Positions 39,301-49,049 of a DNA stretch of 64,000 nucleotides are shown in pieces. Origin of the DNA: Hamiltosporidium tvaerminnensis FI-OER-3-3 (lineage: Eukaryota; Fungi; Microsporidia); assembly GCA_022605425.2 (NCBI GenBank), contig CM061246.1, positions 868,001-932,000 on the forward strand. Reading direction: 5' to 3'. Position 1 is the first letter of the stretch, and each line of letters starts with the position of its first letter. A program made the position numbers and the translations under genes. Under the pieces are notes generated by a model. It was given only the letters and a program-made list of their open reading frames with translations, was not told the origin of the DNA and made no database searches.

Positions 39301-39853
39301 TATATTCTTCGGGTATTTCTAGACTTGTGATATAATTTTTATCCGTTAAATATTTGAAATACGAAAATTTAACTTCATTAAAAAATAAATCCAAGTTAAA
39401 ATTACTTGTCACGTAATTTTTATCAGAAAGACTGGGAAAATCGGAATATCGAAAATTTAAAAGTTCCAAAGCTGATTTACTCACTTCCGTGTCAAATGAA
39501 TTGACAAGTCTAAAAATTATTCTATTTGGATTATATAAATGTAAATTATATGAACTTAAAAGCATCGCGCAAATCGAATAAAGAACAAATAATATTTTGG
39601 TTTTATTGTTTTTTTGAAAGTTTCTATTTTGTATTTCGTTTGTAAAATATGCGTCAGATGAATCTTCTGTACTTTTCTCCAAACATTTTATTATTGATAA
39701 ATAATCAGAAACAGATCTTCTTTTTAACTTTAATTTTTTCAAAGATTCCAAGTTTTTTTCTGTTAAAATATAACCTTTAGTATATATCATGCTAATGTCT
39801 TTTTTGAAATTCGATAGGTCAGTTACATCCGATATAATACTTGTGTTAGACAT
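33368..39853 (-). CDS. Large helical-repeat protein, Tom1/HUWE1-like but lacking a HECT domain (~2161 aa)
   Basis: 6.5-kb uninterrupted ORF. N-terminal LLSSYNLHLYNPNRIIFRLVNSFDTEVSKSALELL resembles the Tom1/HUWE1 N-terminal (DUF908) motif, and the C-terminus resembles the pre-HECT helices. Start moved from TTG 39883 to ATG 39853, which follows aacccctt. The CDS is near certain; the family call is moderate. Confidence 0.75.
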   Translation of the reverse strand: MSNTSIISDVTDLSNFKKDISMIYTKGYILTEKNLESLKKLKLKRRSVSDYLSIIKCLEKSTEDSSDAYFTNEIQNRNFQKNNKTKILFVLYSICAMLLSSYNLHLYNPNRIIFRLVNSFDTEVSKSALELLNFRYSDFPSLSDKNYVTSNFNLDLFFNEVKFSYFKYLTDKNYITSLEIPEEYKNMKKHINTELNLDTYFDTYVPYIIKLDKEKAMKVILFCKIQVFLNDKKNFISSLLYGISLALKILPNKFKPSNDAYYTVDVYSLTEIIQTYYKEDTLIRDLSIQILEFFFMSQFFVSENKICLRIYDKELLDFVNKKSSNSLTEKIIFVFNFIKESDNGKMKFVNFIAKMRNSLEEKQTKENFLNLIFSIFKFHEFQLQGGDNLFKEIIVLFYNELNFHNHALKTPILDVHNQHYNSLFNTIHIIFKNISFDEAYKLEIINFLKIFYKNNIRFFNDTVKFSFIKLFKFLDNQNLNDIAIYQEFTTFFNEYFVIRKQYLLKHYEIFTKCILELRNVPEIYVKCIHIMFDVFTCTDFPFIILWEKKYSEIFNSEIFNSEILWIFKNYFNQDIWCLTIKKLIEIALVNERKYFIYNQRSLNYYGIKKKSFSSVNSIFTESERLIFHEFNSKFSTFYQFLYSNYINFIDDKAVKIDSIYMDIFDLMSSYFSFDKKINIRVLEAIDSHISNKYNNYLILESIFLEIERKIIIFEKIHNQKTFSCTFDVDAIEIFCRIVRFTDFFEILNKDTNLFTKERCKIYLGFFKTYLKFISRFYRKHDYLRKPKNPLTEQKPGNSNLEDEEYKQSIFEKSHELSYLRTLDFIRKFKSYPIESGNESPENLVFEEISSMLSDSDFYICDIVSLVLEYLNCTDINFIKNQLIFFFNNLFSVLKKDISNFKDKNDDLEKATEYILKIYRNYINEKYFSDKIKDEISYKIVLYFAKYFDKTSIHTFLVLSKFLKKYKYYSSLPGFNDFLPDSFFLKSFFNNTLNTKIYTCIDYLVGYKDEDELQFNFYYDLFHVNCFYFISKAQYKSKIVFLMIYQIIFLTEFDSQLFDCEGFFDMIATNLLIISSQKYLMNVEKVILNSFIKTISNKKISNINDRNNVSYDDYCDFYISILCISERYKLFTKEEIFLQIDFNNLISIIVNENISNDFFKKVFILLNFFIYDNEFNKKYFLFLFYSSKDDSYKEMLFKRCFMNINMKGESKKFSKFCDYLDLSGNINMEDKKYIVRLLLGKALESKNMNILLYLTRMFHLMPNLVRFIPKIDILNHFFTFILQQSEINILTNLNQFEWHLNYYGELFLTRIIYCQDRCLQYQIVEIILVILQNLIDSIMNNRGDISFEEIKNEVCSKISFESLCKKRSENKKIEPLDVKKECKRDFPIEIKDLNEKKFDGITKNNILIILKLIYKILKSKPCCCKMCLKIFKMDENSLKKQLANLFIENGILGILQNIFFMKNTDFDLTEKYNKYSSFIVNEMLIILYQVKKFSSRTVFHSYFPHFFGDLFEDIPCLPAYLKKTDLTYIFCNLISGVETKKLDFKTYLDFVFDFNLELDSFSKENPKSSKNPDNSFKYYKSRFKITKLNFTVEKKIDYKNLLSHFFINFLDPNKVSLTKDIINEKKLRKNNRKLHNDNPSFIIESLYWFLKCNNNLEIKYFMFYHSNKETLINYKEELFKTIKKRNIDQFVRNHLEGFNYGLEDNKNTKSPNSLSINPKIDCSSNESSKNIADQISSSSSYETAESSLSNEKVETDLDTNIDAYPCMDFKCFNRKYFQENKNEMTRIQDKLIFYFMNFEKDIFKCNCKNGECIYQNTVSSDMVLDYSFLFACGYCLNTALGKVSFLNFINFVFEEKDFYLKKKNTKDIGEIIESVRERYSEFKLPEINRKISILTYVFMVYNFLHFDSLSLQVIRFYLYDNFHFDNSFSKISYLSDYSEDFNIRKQILKISKSADKSIISQKVDSNCNLLLFKKKPYLYLEEKEFELFIYFKYKYCKNISVYLDCLCKIICYKMDILFNEFLINKFDMKKFSKNEIIIKILDEISKIIGMEYKNIKSYAFNEELIQEILSNNFWPVISFMVSKNCEKAREKEFDTLEALLKLVFFCYDLRKHLNYFTKKMIKFQNAYELIVKRNKNTAIYTLNKSKNNEVSMFYLMQYGWVE
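38163..38201. repeat. 15-bp in-frame tandem repeat (SEIFN-SEIFN-SEIL)
   Basis: aaaatttcactatta twice plus a partial copy, within the large ORF. Confidence 0.85.
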
Positions 39854-39855
39854 AA

Positions 39856-39859
39856 GGGG
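39856..39859 (-). promoter_or_regulatory. CCC motif upstream of the true start of the large gene
   Basis: Minus strand reads tttcaaCCCCttATG. Confidence 0.6.
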
Positions 39860-40637
39860 TTGAAAATAAAATATTATTAGCAAAAAAAAAAGAAAATTCT
39901 TTTATTCTAAAAATATAGTATTAAATAATCCAAGAAGATACTTTTATAACGACTGCAGCAAAGGAACGTAAATTTTTTAATATTTTTGCATTGAAAATGC
40001 TTTGTTTGATTTAAGAAGATAATAGATAATATAAAATATTTAGTTGATAAATTAAAAAAACTATGTAAATTAACTAAATTAAATATAATTTGGATAAAAT
40101 TTGAAAAAATAGCAAAAGATTAAGATTTTTTTATTGCGAAGATTTTATAAAATAAAAAAATAGTAATAAACAATACTGATTGCTAATAAAAAATAAATGA
40201 TTTTTTATTAGAAAAAACCTCTCGAAAAAAATTAAATCAAGTTGGGCTTTGAAATTTATATGAACCAAGGAAAACATAAAAGTATACTCGAAAACAATAA
40301 AGTCTTCTAAAATACACATAATAGAATTTATTCTCGTATTTAAACATATTAAACATTTTGTAAAAATATAACTATTGAGTATTACTTATCTTTCTAAGAA
40401 AAGCAAAAATATTACTCCCTCTGTCCGGAAATATGGTATACATTTCAAAAAAAAACTATATATTATCGTGAATATAAAAAATAAATAGGCAACCGTCATG
40501 AAATTGTCATAATAAATATTCATGACAATATAACCTAAAATATTTAACTTTAGTAATATCATTCTTAGTTAAAAAGTTACCGCTCAAACATCAGTGTTTC
40601 TTAAGGTAAAAAAAATTAGTACCGCTGCAAGACGAAT

Positions 40638-41971
40638 ATGGAAAATGTGGAAGGAAATTTGTTAAATTTAGAAAAAAGAGATTCAAAATATAAACAGTTA
40701 ACTAAAGAACAACGTCAAGGTATTTTAAAAAAATTATTACAACAGATGAAGGAGAATAAGTTAAAATACGGTGCCATCAACAAAATTTCTTCTGCCTTTC
40801 ACGTTTCCCGGCTAACCGTTAACAGAATTTGGCATGCAGCACATACTCAATACAGAAAGGGCAAGATATGTGCCGATGTTTCTTCAAAAAAGAAAAAAAG
40901 ATGCGGAAGAAAACCTAAAGAATATTCGAACAATTTAGCGCAAATAAGAAAACACCATTAAATCGTCGAGGAACGCTCACAAGTCTTTCCTTAGCAATTG
41001 ATATTCCAAAATAAACTTTGTTTGATATATTCAAGTCGGGAAAGTATATGAAGAAAACATCTTCTACAGTTAAACCAACTTTAACAGAAAAAATAAAATG
41101 GACAGATTGAAATTTTGCTTGTCTAAGGTAAATCTTGCTAATAATGGAGATTTGCATTTTGATGATTTGTACGACTACGTTCACAATGATGAAAAGTGGT
41201 TTTATCTAACTAAAGTTAAGCGCTTTTATTACTAAATGTTAAACGAAGAAAAACCGGAGAGAAACTGCAAAAGTAAGCCATTTATTACGAAAATAATGTT
41301 CATGGCCGCAGTAGCTCGACCACGCTATGATGCACATCAAAAGCTTTTTTTTGATGGGAAAATTGGAATATGGCCATTTGTTTATCAAGAACCAGCTCAA
41401 AAAAATTCTAAGAATAGGGCTAAAGGGACAATGATAAAAAAAATGTGGAATCTGTTACAGCAGTCATTGCAAAAACATGATCATTGATAATGTAATTCCC
41501 GTAATTAAATCTAAATTTCCGCAAGCATACAAAAAGAAAACAATTTACGTACAACAAAACAATGCAAAACCCCATTTTTCTGATAATGATGCAGATATTG
41601 TCGCTCTTGGTTCTGCTGATGACCGGAATATTAAATTTAAGGTGCAACTGGCAAATAGCCCGAATTTAAATGTTCTTGGTTTAGGTTTTTTCAACTCCAT
41701 ACAATCGCTGCAACATCAAGCTTCGCTACACACAATTGACGAATTAATAAATTGTGTTCAAGATGCATTTCATCAATTAGAAGCGAATACTCTCGATAAC
41801 GTTTTTACAACATTGCAAGCATGTATGGAGTCAATTATGCTAGCAGATGGTGGAAATTGCTATAAAATACCTCTTTTAAGTAATGGAAAACTTCGTCGCG
41901 AAGGTCGACTGCTAGAAAAATATGTATGTTCCAAAGAAGCATACCTTAAAGCTAAATCAAATTTCGAGTGA
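40638..41971 (+). pseudogene. DD39D mariner transposase pseudogene
   Basis: HTH region, CGRK, VHNDEKWFYL (first D at 41188), KIMFMAAVARPRYD, FDGKIGIWPF, YVQQNNAKPH and NSPNLNVLGLGFF, with 39 residues between the 2nd and 3rd catalytic positions. Several frameshifts and an in-frame TAA. Confidence 0.92.
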
Positions 41972-42101
41972 ACTTACTAATTTGAATATATATTTTTTTA
42001 AATTTTATTTAATATTTACATTAATATTTATTTAATGTTCGAAATAAAGGTAATATAATAAACTTGTCCTTACATTTTTTATTTTATTTTATTTTTTTCG
42101 C

Positions 42102-42125
42102 AAATGTATACCATATTTCCGGACA
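42102..42125. repeat. 24-bp subterminal direct copy of the inner part of the right TIR
   Basis: aaatgtataccatatttccggaca at 42102-42125 and 42138-42161. Confidence 0.9.
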
Positions 42126-42599
42126 AAAAAATCGCTAAAATGTATACCATATTTCCGGACAGAGGGAGTAATAAATTGTGCTAATATTGATTTTTTACGA
42201 ATAAATATTCTCCTCGAATTTATTCTATCATTCTATTGGAAACCAAAATATAAACTCTTTTTCTGATGATGTCTTGAATTTATAATATTATGAGAATAGA
42301 AACTTAAATTTTATTTTTTTTGTACAAACTCAAGTAGAAATTTCTTATAATAATATATTCGTGCTCCAAAGTTGTCGAAATATTCTTAAAAATTTGATAA
42401 GTATTAAAAGCATACTATTATAAAAATCACCCAACTTTACACGACAGTGGCAAATGTTATATTAGTTTCATGACATTATTGCAGTTCTAGGTTTAAGATA
42501 AATAATAGCTATTCCAATATCCAAAGGCATTCTCTTATGATATTTACCTCGTAAAAATTTTCATATAAAACCTATTCGAATCTAATTAATCAGCGAGAC

Positions 42600-43135
42600 A
42601 GTTATCGAAAGTCGTTAATTTCAGTTATATTGAGGTTGATTGTAGGTTTAACCTCACCCTGGGCTCTCTCAAGGGTACTAGCACCCCCATCTACTGTTCA
42701 CTTTCTAAACCTAATAAAATCTTAGTTAGATATATCTGGGCGACTAATATAAGTCCAACTAGAACACATAATGTCATAACATTTGGGATAATCTACTACT
42801 TGGCTTTCTTGGATTTAAGAGATTATGTTTAAATCCTTAAGCCCTAAGTCTTCAAACTCAAGTGATCAAGCCTATGTTTCCATGTCTTTCCCAGAAATGA
42901 TCTACATGTTAGGCTGTACTCAGTGGTCTACTTACATAAAAAACTATAAAATAGATTGTATAAATGGGTTTGTCATTTCAAAGAACTTCTTCTTTTTATG
43001 TAACCTCTTTTGAAACAACCCAAAAACATATTGTGGGTTTATTCTCAACAAAAATCCAATCAAATATTTCATATATTAATTTTCTTATTCGTTGCCAGAA
43101 AGATAGGATTATATTGTTATATTTGCTTCCACCAA
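42600..43135 (-). repeat. Dispersed repeat block, copy 3 (inverted)
   Basis: Reverse complement aligns collinearly with 31430-31910 (tg.ttggatttttg, cacttg.gtt.gaa, atatatct.a.cta, gagcccagggt). Confidence 0.7.
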
Positions 43136-43949
43136 AATTTACAACCATAGATAATTTTTATTATGAATTTTCAATACAAAGTGGAGAGAGAATAGTTACA
43201 TCAAAAGCCATATGTTTGGTAACGAGTGCGTACAATTCGTCAGAAAATCATTACTCCATTATGATAGAATATAACGCACACCGGATCTATAGGTCATTCG
43301 TTATAATACCGAATTTCAACGGATTAGAAGAAACAAATGGGAAATTTATTTGTGCATACTCGACACTAGGAGGTAAAAGAGAAATAGACTAAGTAAAAAG
43401 TAAGTAAATATTTTAAATACAATAGAAATCAATTCGGTGTTAAAGATTTTTTTTAACAGCAATCATATATATTTTTTATTTTTTTATACAAAAGAAATAG
43501 CAAAAAATGTAGCAAGATCTATGGAATAGAAAATATATTTGAGATTTGCTCTAATTATTTGTTACGACCTAGGTTTAAATTTACTTGTAGAAATGATAAT
43601 GGCTTTAAATGCCCATCTGGTAATTCAGATCTGCAAATATTTTTTGTATATTTTATTTTATCAGATGTTTTCCTTTATATAGACTGACAGTACCTAAATC
43701 GGAAATGAAACCTCGAGAAAATTTATGAACATAAATGAATTTTATAGTCGGTGACTCTTGTAAAATCACACTCATTATGAATTTAAGCATTTTTCCAGCA
43801 ACATATCACTGTATTGATATTTGACATTTCTAATTTAACTTCAAAACTAGGGTTCATAATCACCAGAAAAGAAATTTAAACTCACTTAGTATTTATTCGA
43901 TTCCTCTTTTACCTCTCGATCTCGAGGAGGAACAAATATAATTTATATA

Positions 43950-45530
43950 TAGGTGTCTTTTAATCTGTTTTAACTCGGAATTATCGGGAATCGTATTATG
44001 ATTTAATGTGGTTTCTTTCCAACTAAAATAACAACAATAATTTCTATTCATTTTATACATTAATTGCCTACCAGATAATTTTAATTTTGGCTATCTCTTT
44101 CCACCTAAAGAATTTTGAAAAACGTTAATATTCGCTACATAATCAAAGCATGAAAAACAAAAGTAAAAATTCATTTTCAAATTATCTAAAACTCTTATTG
44201 CAACCTCTATTAAAATGTGATATATTTTTCCACTTTAGAATGAGATTTATTGAAATGAGCAAGCCATTTTTAAAAATTCTTCAGAATTAAAACAATCTAT
44301 ATTTTGACAAAATATTCTAGAATATGAGTAAAATTAAGGCGGTAGTGTGTATATCTTTGCAATTGTAAATTGGGATCGTTTATGTGCCAGTAAGGCTGTG
44401 TAAAAAGACACCTTCTAACGCAATTCATTACTTTTTACTCAGAAAGGAGAAGATTCTTCTCAATAAAAAATATTTTTTAAATTGATGCAATTATGACAAT
44501 TTGCTTCAAAATTTTTAACGGCTAAACCAGCGATCAGCAATAAAGTACGGTGACTCGTTTTCTCCGCTTTCTTTAATTAGCTTACGAAATTGACGAGGAT
44601 TTCGTGCATGTGATTTGTTATGGTAGATACTTGATATGATTTTTTTTAAAACTTTCGACGTTTCAAGCCTTTTAATCATAATTACCGTTGATGAGTACTG
44701 TAATATACTTTACGATTTTGTATCACGGCATTTTTCTACCAATTTTAATACAAGCGTATCGACATCTTAATTCTTTCTAAATATATTTTTACTTTATTAG
44801 TTGCAGTACTCTTCTTGTTTTTGAATACAAGATTGTTACATTTAACATATTTTCGACTACTATAAAACAATACTCTCTCGTGTTGTGTTGTGCTTACTAA
44901 AAACATCCAAAATCTCTAAATATATTCATGATTTAAATCGATCTCACGAATAAAAATCCAAACTTGAGCTACATCCTAAACAGTTATTGAGGAGCCGTCC
45001 ATGATCAGATAATGTAGCTTAGGGTTTATTTAATCAAAAAACCGTAAAATTACCAACAATTACCGTCTAATCTCTTTAATATAGTGTTGGGGATAAATTA
45101 ATGTTTTTTTGATGTATTATCTTCTTCTGATCATAATTCTAATGCTTCAGCCATGATCGAATATAATTACTTCATGGCCTGTAAAATATTTACCGGGGTT
45201 TGCTAATAAATAATCGGCATTGAACCAAACACAGGTTTTTGCTTCTTGGCCCCGCATTTACTTCTTTAAGCAACAATTTTTAAGGTTCAAACCCGCGTTA
45301 TAAAGTTTTATATTTGTGAAATTCTCTACTCTAATATATATTGAGTAATTTTTAGAACATTAAGATTTATTATGGCATTTTGTATTGTATTATTCATGAA
45401 CTGATATTGTTGTGCTACAAACAACACATTCCACTTCATTACTTGACTCAATAACAAATTACCAATTCACCGTTGCTTTTTTTTCATTCTGCATTCATTG
45501 TATCTTACTTTCGTTGTCTATATACATATT
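43950..45530 (-). mobile_element. Decayed hAT transposase (SPIN/Buster/GTF2IRD2-type)
   Basis: Collinear degenerate motifs on the minus strand: RK..ECR, VECVVCSTTISVHE*YNTKCHNK (BED-like finger), LANPGKYFTG, INLS..T, DVAQVWIFIREID (cf. DTAQLAIFIRGVD), HARNPRQFRKL...PYFIADRWFSR (cf. ALNHRQF...VRWLSRG) and NDPNLQLQ (cf. NxLNLxLQG). Confidence 0.7.
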
Positions 45531-48500
45531 TCTTTAAATCGAGGTAGTGAAAAAAATGCTATAAGAATAAGTAAGGTCGACATTTAAGTTATTAGTTTCT
45601 TCACAATGGTTAAAGCAACTAAGAACTAATGATATAAACTTGATTTTTTTTCAAGGAAAATGGGGAGGTGTATTTTTTCAATTAGTTCGACATAAAATAA
45701 CTATATTAAATGCAAAGTATAGCCAAGAATCGAATAAAAATAATCAAAGATACAATTATATGTTATTTTGGGTAATTTTAAACACAACAACAGAGTTGCA
45801 TAAGAGAGAAGACACCATAATCTCGTACTAAATGCCCGAAGCGCGTTGCATCAAAAGATTGTTTTTTTTAATCCTTTTGATTAAAAACCTATTCGGATTG
45901 CAAGTTTTCACGTCAAATTCAAAAAAGTTTAACTTAGGTGAAATTTAAGATGGTTTTCGGTAAAATAGCGAAAAAACGTGCTGCTATTTTGGTTTTATGA
46001 GCCATTGCCACTTTAAAATAAACATTAAGCGTAAAATAAAGCTGTATGATTCCGGTTTGTGGACCAAGTTTACCTAGCCATCTTAAATAAAAAAGATTTT
46101 TTAAACAGAAGTTCATTATGTGTGTCAAGTGCAATTACAAGATTATAAATTTACTCTTTTAAAAATTTGCGTTTTTTAAGGTTTACTCGTCTAATCATTG
46201 CTTTCTTATTGTTCCAGTTAAAATATTAAGTTAATTTTTAAAATAGTTATACTTAAAAATATTTATAAGATTAATTTTATTCTTTGAAACTTCTGTATAA
46301 AACTTTAAACATTTGAACCCAAAACATTTAAGTATAAATATTTTAGTTAATTATTTTCCCCAAAAGAGTAAAAAATTTAGTTATTATCGACCTTCGAGAC
46401 TTTTCATAGAAGTAAATGTGATCTGCAAGATAAAAATTTGGTGAAATTTGAGTTAGACAATCAAATATCATAGCTATTTTTTTGCCTTAATCTATAATAT
46501 CACATGTATAACCTTAAAATAAAATATGGTCTACAGATTAGCATCAAATTTTTAAAATACCATATTTATCGAAAATTTTTATTGCATATATTACTAGAAT
46601 ATGACATTTTGAAATTCTAAATAAGTGTAATTCATATAGTCTTAAATTTGTCTTCATAGATAATCTTAATTATAATTGCAATATTTTCTTAGGTGGTTAT
46701 TCTTTTATAAATACAAATAAAAATATGCATCTTAGAGCCTTGTATGGTATATTAAGATGATTCTATCGGTATAAAAAAATATTGTTTCAAATTTTTAGTA
46801 TAAAAGCTATCATAGACTGCGGAGCTACCAATATTCTAGTGATAGAGATATCGAAATCCCTTTTGAATGACCAGATTCTATCACCGGTGGGCATATTCTT
46901 TATTTTTAGAACAAGAAATATTTGTGTTGGGGTGATAACCCAACCAAGAAAAAAACGTCTACGAAACGGCTTTGATTTTTTGAAGCTCTAATTGCTTAGC
47001 TTGTGTTCTATCTGTAGAGAAAGAAACAAGCTGAAAAAAAATTGACAAGGCTTAGAAATGTTTAATAGACTCAAAAATAATATATTTCCTAACTTTTCTT
47101 AAAAAAATTATAGATTTAGTAAATAATATGAATAGCTTAAACAATTTATTTTTGAACTTTAGAATTTTTAAAGTTTTCATTTTGTTCTACAAGAAAATGA
47201 ATTTAAATCACCTTTTTTCTGATTTTCTTTCAAATTTTTTTTACTCGGTTGATTCTTGGTTCGAGTTACCCCCTAGGGTTAGGCTTGTATCTAATTTAGT
47301 ATTAGGGTTTGAGTTAGATTTATATATTACCTTAACCGTAAATTTTTGGCCGATGATTATTTCCTCAATTCGATTTTACTGCGATATTTATATATCAAGT
47401 CATGCAATTTCGCGCATTACAACTCATCTATTTCTTTTTATATTATAACAGAAATGATACGGTTTACAATAACGTATAGTAAAGATAATTTAATGATTTT
47501 TCTAATCCATTACGCCCAGGCATTGATCTGCCATACGATCCAAGCTTAATCTGATTTTTTTTCAAAATACATTGTTTTGGCTTGTTACTTTTTCTGCGTA
47601 TTGAACACAATCCAAATGTGAATTAGTGTTTTTGAGCAAAAGCGTTTAAAAATCATTATTTTCCATCGATTAGAGTGTCAGCCCCAAGCAAATTTTCCAT
47701 GCCTTAAGGATAAAAATCTACACGGATTCCACCTAAATAAAATTGGTATTTAAAAGGCATTTCTCAACAATTTATACCTATAATATTTCACAAAGATATG
47801 CTTAAAATGTGTAAAACTAGTAAAAAAATATGATGTATGTTATATTTATATTTGATTTACTAATATTGCATACCAATACTCAAATTTTTATTAAGATGAA
47901 GCACAACCCGCTTTAAAACCGAAGAAAGTGGCAAAAGAAAATGAAAAAAAGATAAGGAAAACTTTGATGGTGTTTATAACGAATCGATAAACTTAAAAAA
48001 TCAAATTGAAGAGACAATGAACTATGTTACTATGCAATTTAAATACGATGAAGCAAAAGAGGTGTAATATGCATATCTAAAGGAAATCAATAGTTCTGAA
48101 TAATACGAATAGGCTTATTAAAGACCGAAAATCCAGTTATTAAAGACCGAAAAATATTAGTAAATAGGCTGAGAAAAGATTAAAAGCTAGGTACAAATTA
48201 AAGTCTGAAAAATTATAACATAATAATAATGTTACAGATGATCTTTCTATATACTTTGTTGACTTTAGCCGAATATAAAAATTGGTTCGGTTCAACTAGA
48301 TTATTAACTAGTTAAACATAACTTCAGTCAAATAATTATTAAATTAGACAACAAAAATGATATTTGGATAGTTTATAGATCAAATTTATGGCTCTGTACA
48401 TTATGATGCGTTGATTATATTTTTTATTACTTCTATGATAGTTAAATTCTGAATTTTTTCAAAAAAATGGCTATTTAATTCATTACCTTTTCTAAATACA

Positions 48501-48959
48501 CATCAACCTCGACGTTTTATCCTATTTTGCGCAGTACATACCGATATTACACATAATTATTTACCTATCATATATTTTGACTTTTAATTTTCAAGCTATA
48601 ACAATATATCACTTAAAAACTTACTAATGTTACTGGCCTATACTTAATAATGAGATTTTATGTTTTTTTCAAAGTTATAATATGAAAATTACGTATTACC
48701 AAGTATTTTTTGCTGGAGAAGAATCATATATATTTTCTCATCAAGGCAAAATTATACATATTTTCTTTTTAATACTTATTACTTGATTAAATTGTGATTT
48801 ACCAAAAATTTTGAGCGATTTTTCAAATGTAAAAAATATTTTTTAGGAAAATACTTAGTAGTTTGAACCTAAGATAAATAACAAGAATTTTTACATGAAA
48901 TATTTAATTTTATAGACATCATAAATTATGTATTTTTTAGAGAGAAAAAAATACGCTTT

Positions 48960-48994
48960 TTTTTTGCTTTTTATCTAAGATAAAAAGCAAAAAA
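48960..48994. repeat. Perfect inverted repeat (17-bp arms, 1-nt spacer)
   Basis: ttttttgctttttatct-a-agataaaaagcaaaaaa, about 55 bp upstream of the LRR ORF. Confidence 0.85.
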
Positions 48995-49049
48995 CCCAAC
49001 CATTTTATTTTAAATAAGGAAATTGATCTAAAATTCATTTAAATTTTTT

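Larger units (their letters stand above)
40415..42168 (+). mobile_element. Full-length Tc1/mariner DNA transposon, plant-type DD39D family, 1754 bp, non-autonomous
   Basis: Perfect 31-bp TIRs ctccctctgtccggaaatatggtatacattt (40415-40445 and 42138-42168), TA on both sides (40413-14 and 42169-70), and a transposase inside. Confidence 0.95.

Noticed and set aside
42825-43392. ORFs of 62 and 142 aa as genes
   Set aside because: They are largely antisense to the dispersed repeat copy at 42600-43135 and show no protein motifs.
47250-47280. tRNA (ggttcgag T-loop-like motif)
   Set aside because: No cloverleaf stems can be formed; no tRNA or rRNA was recognised anywhere in the window.
48115-48153. 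17-bp direct repeat ttattaaagaccgaaaa separated by 5 bp
   Set aside because: Real, but most simply a local slippage duplication with no functional context.
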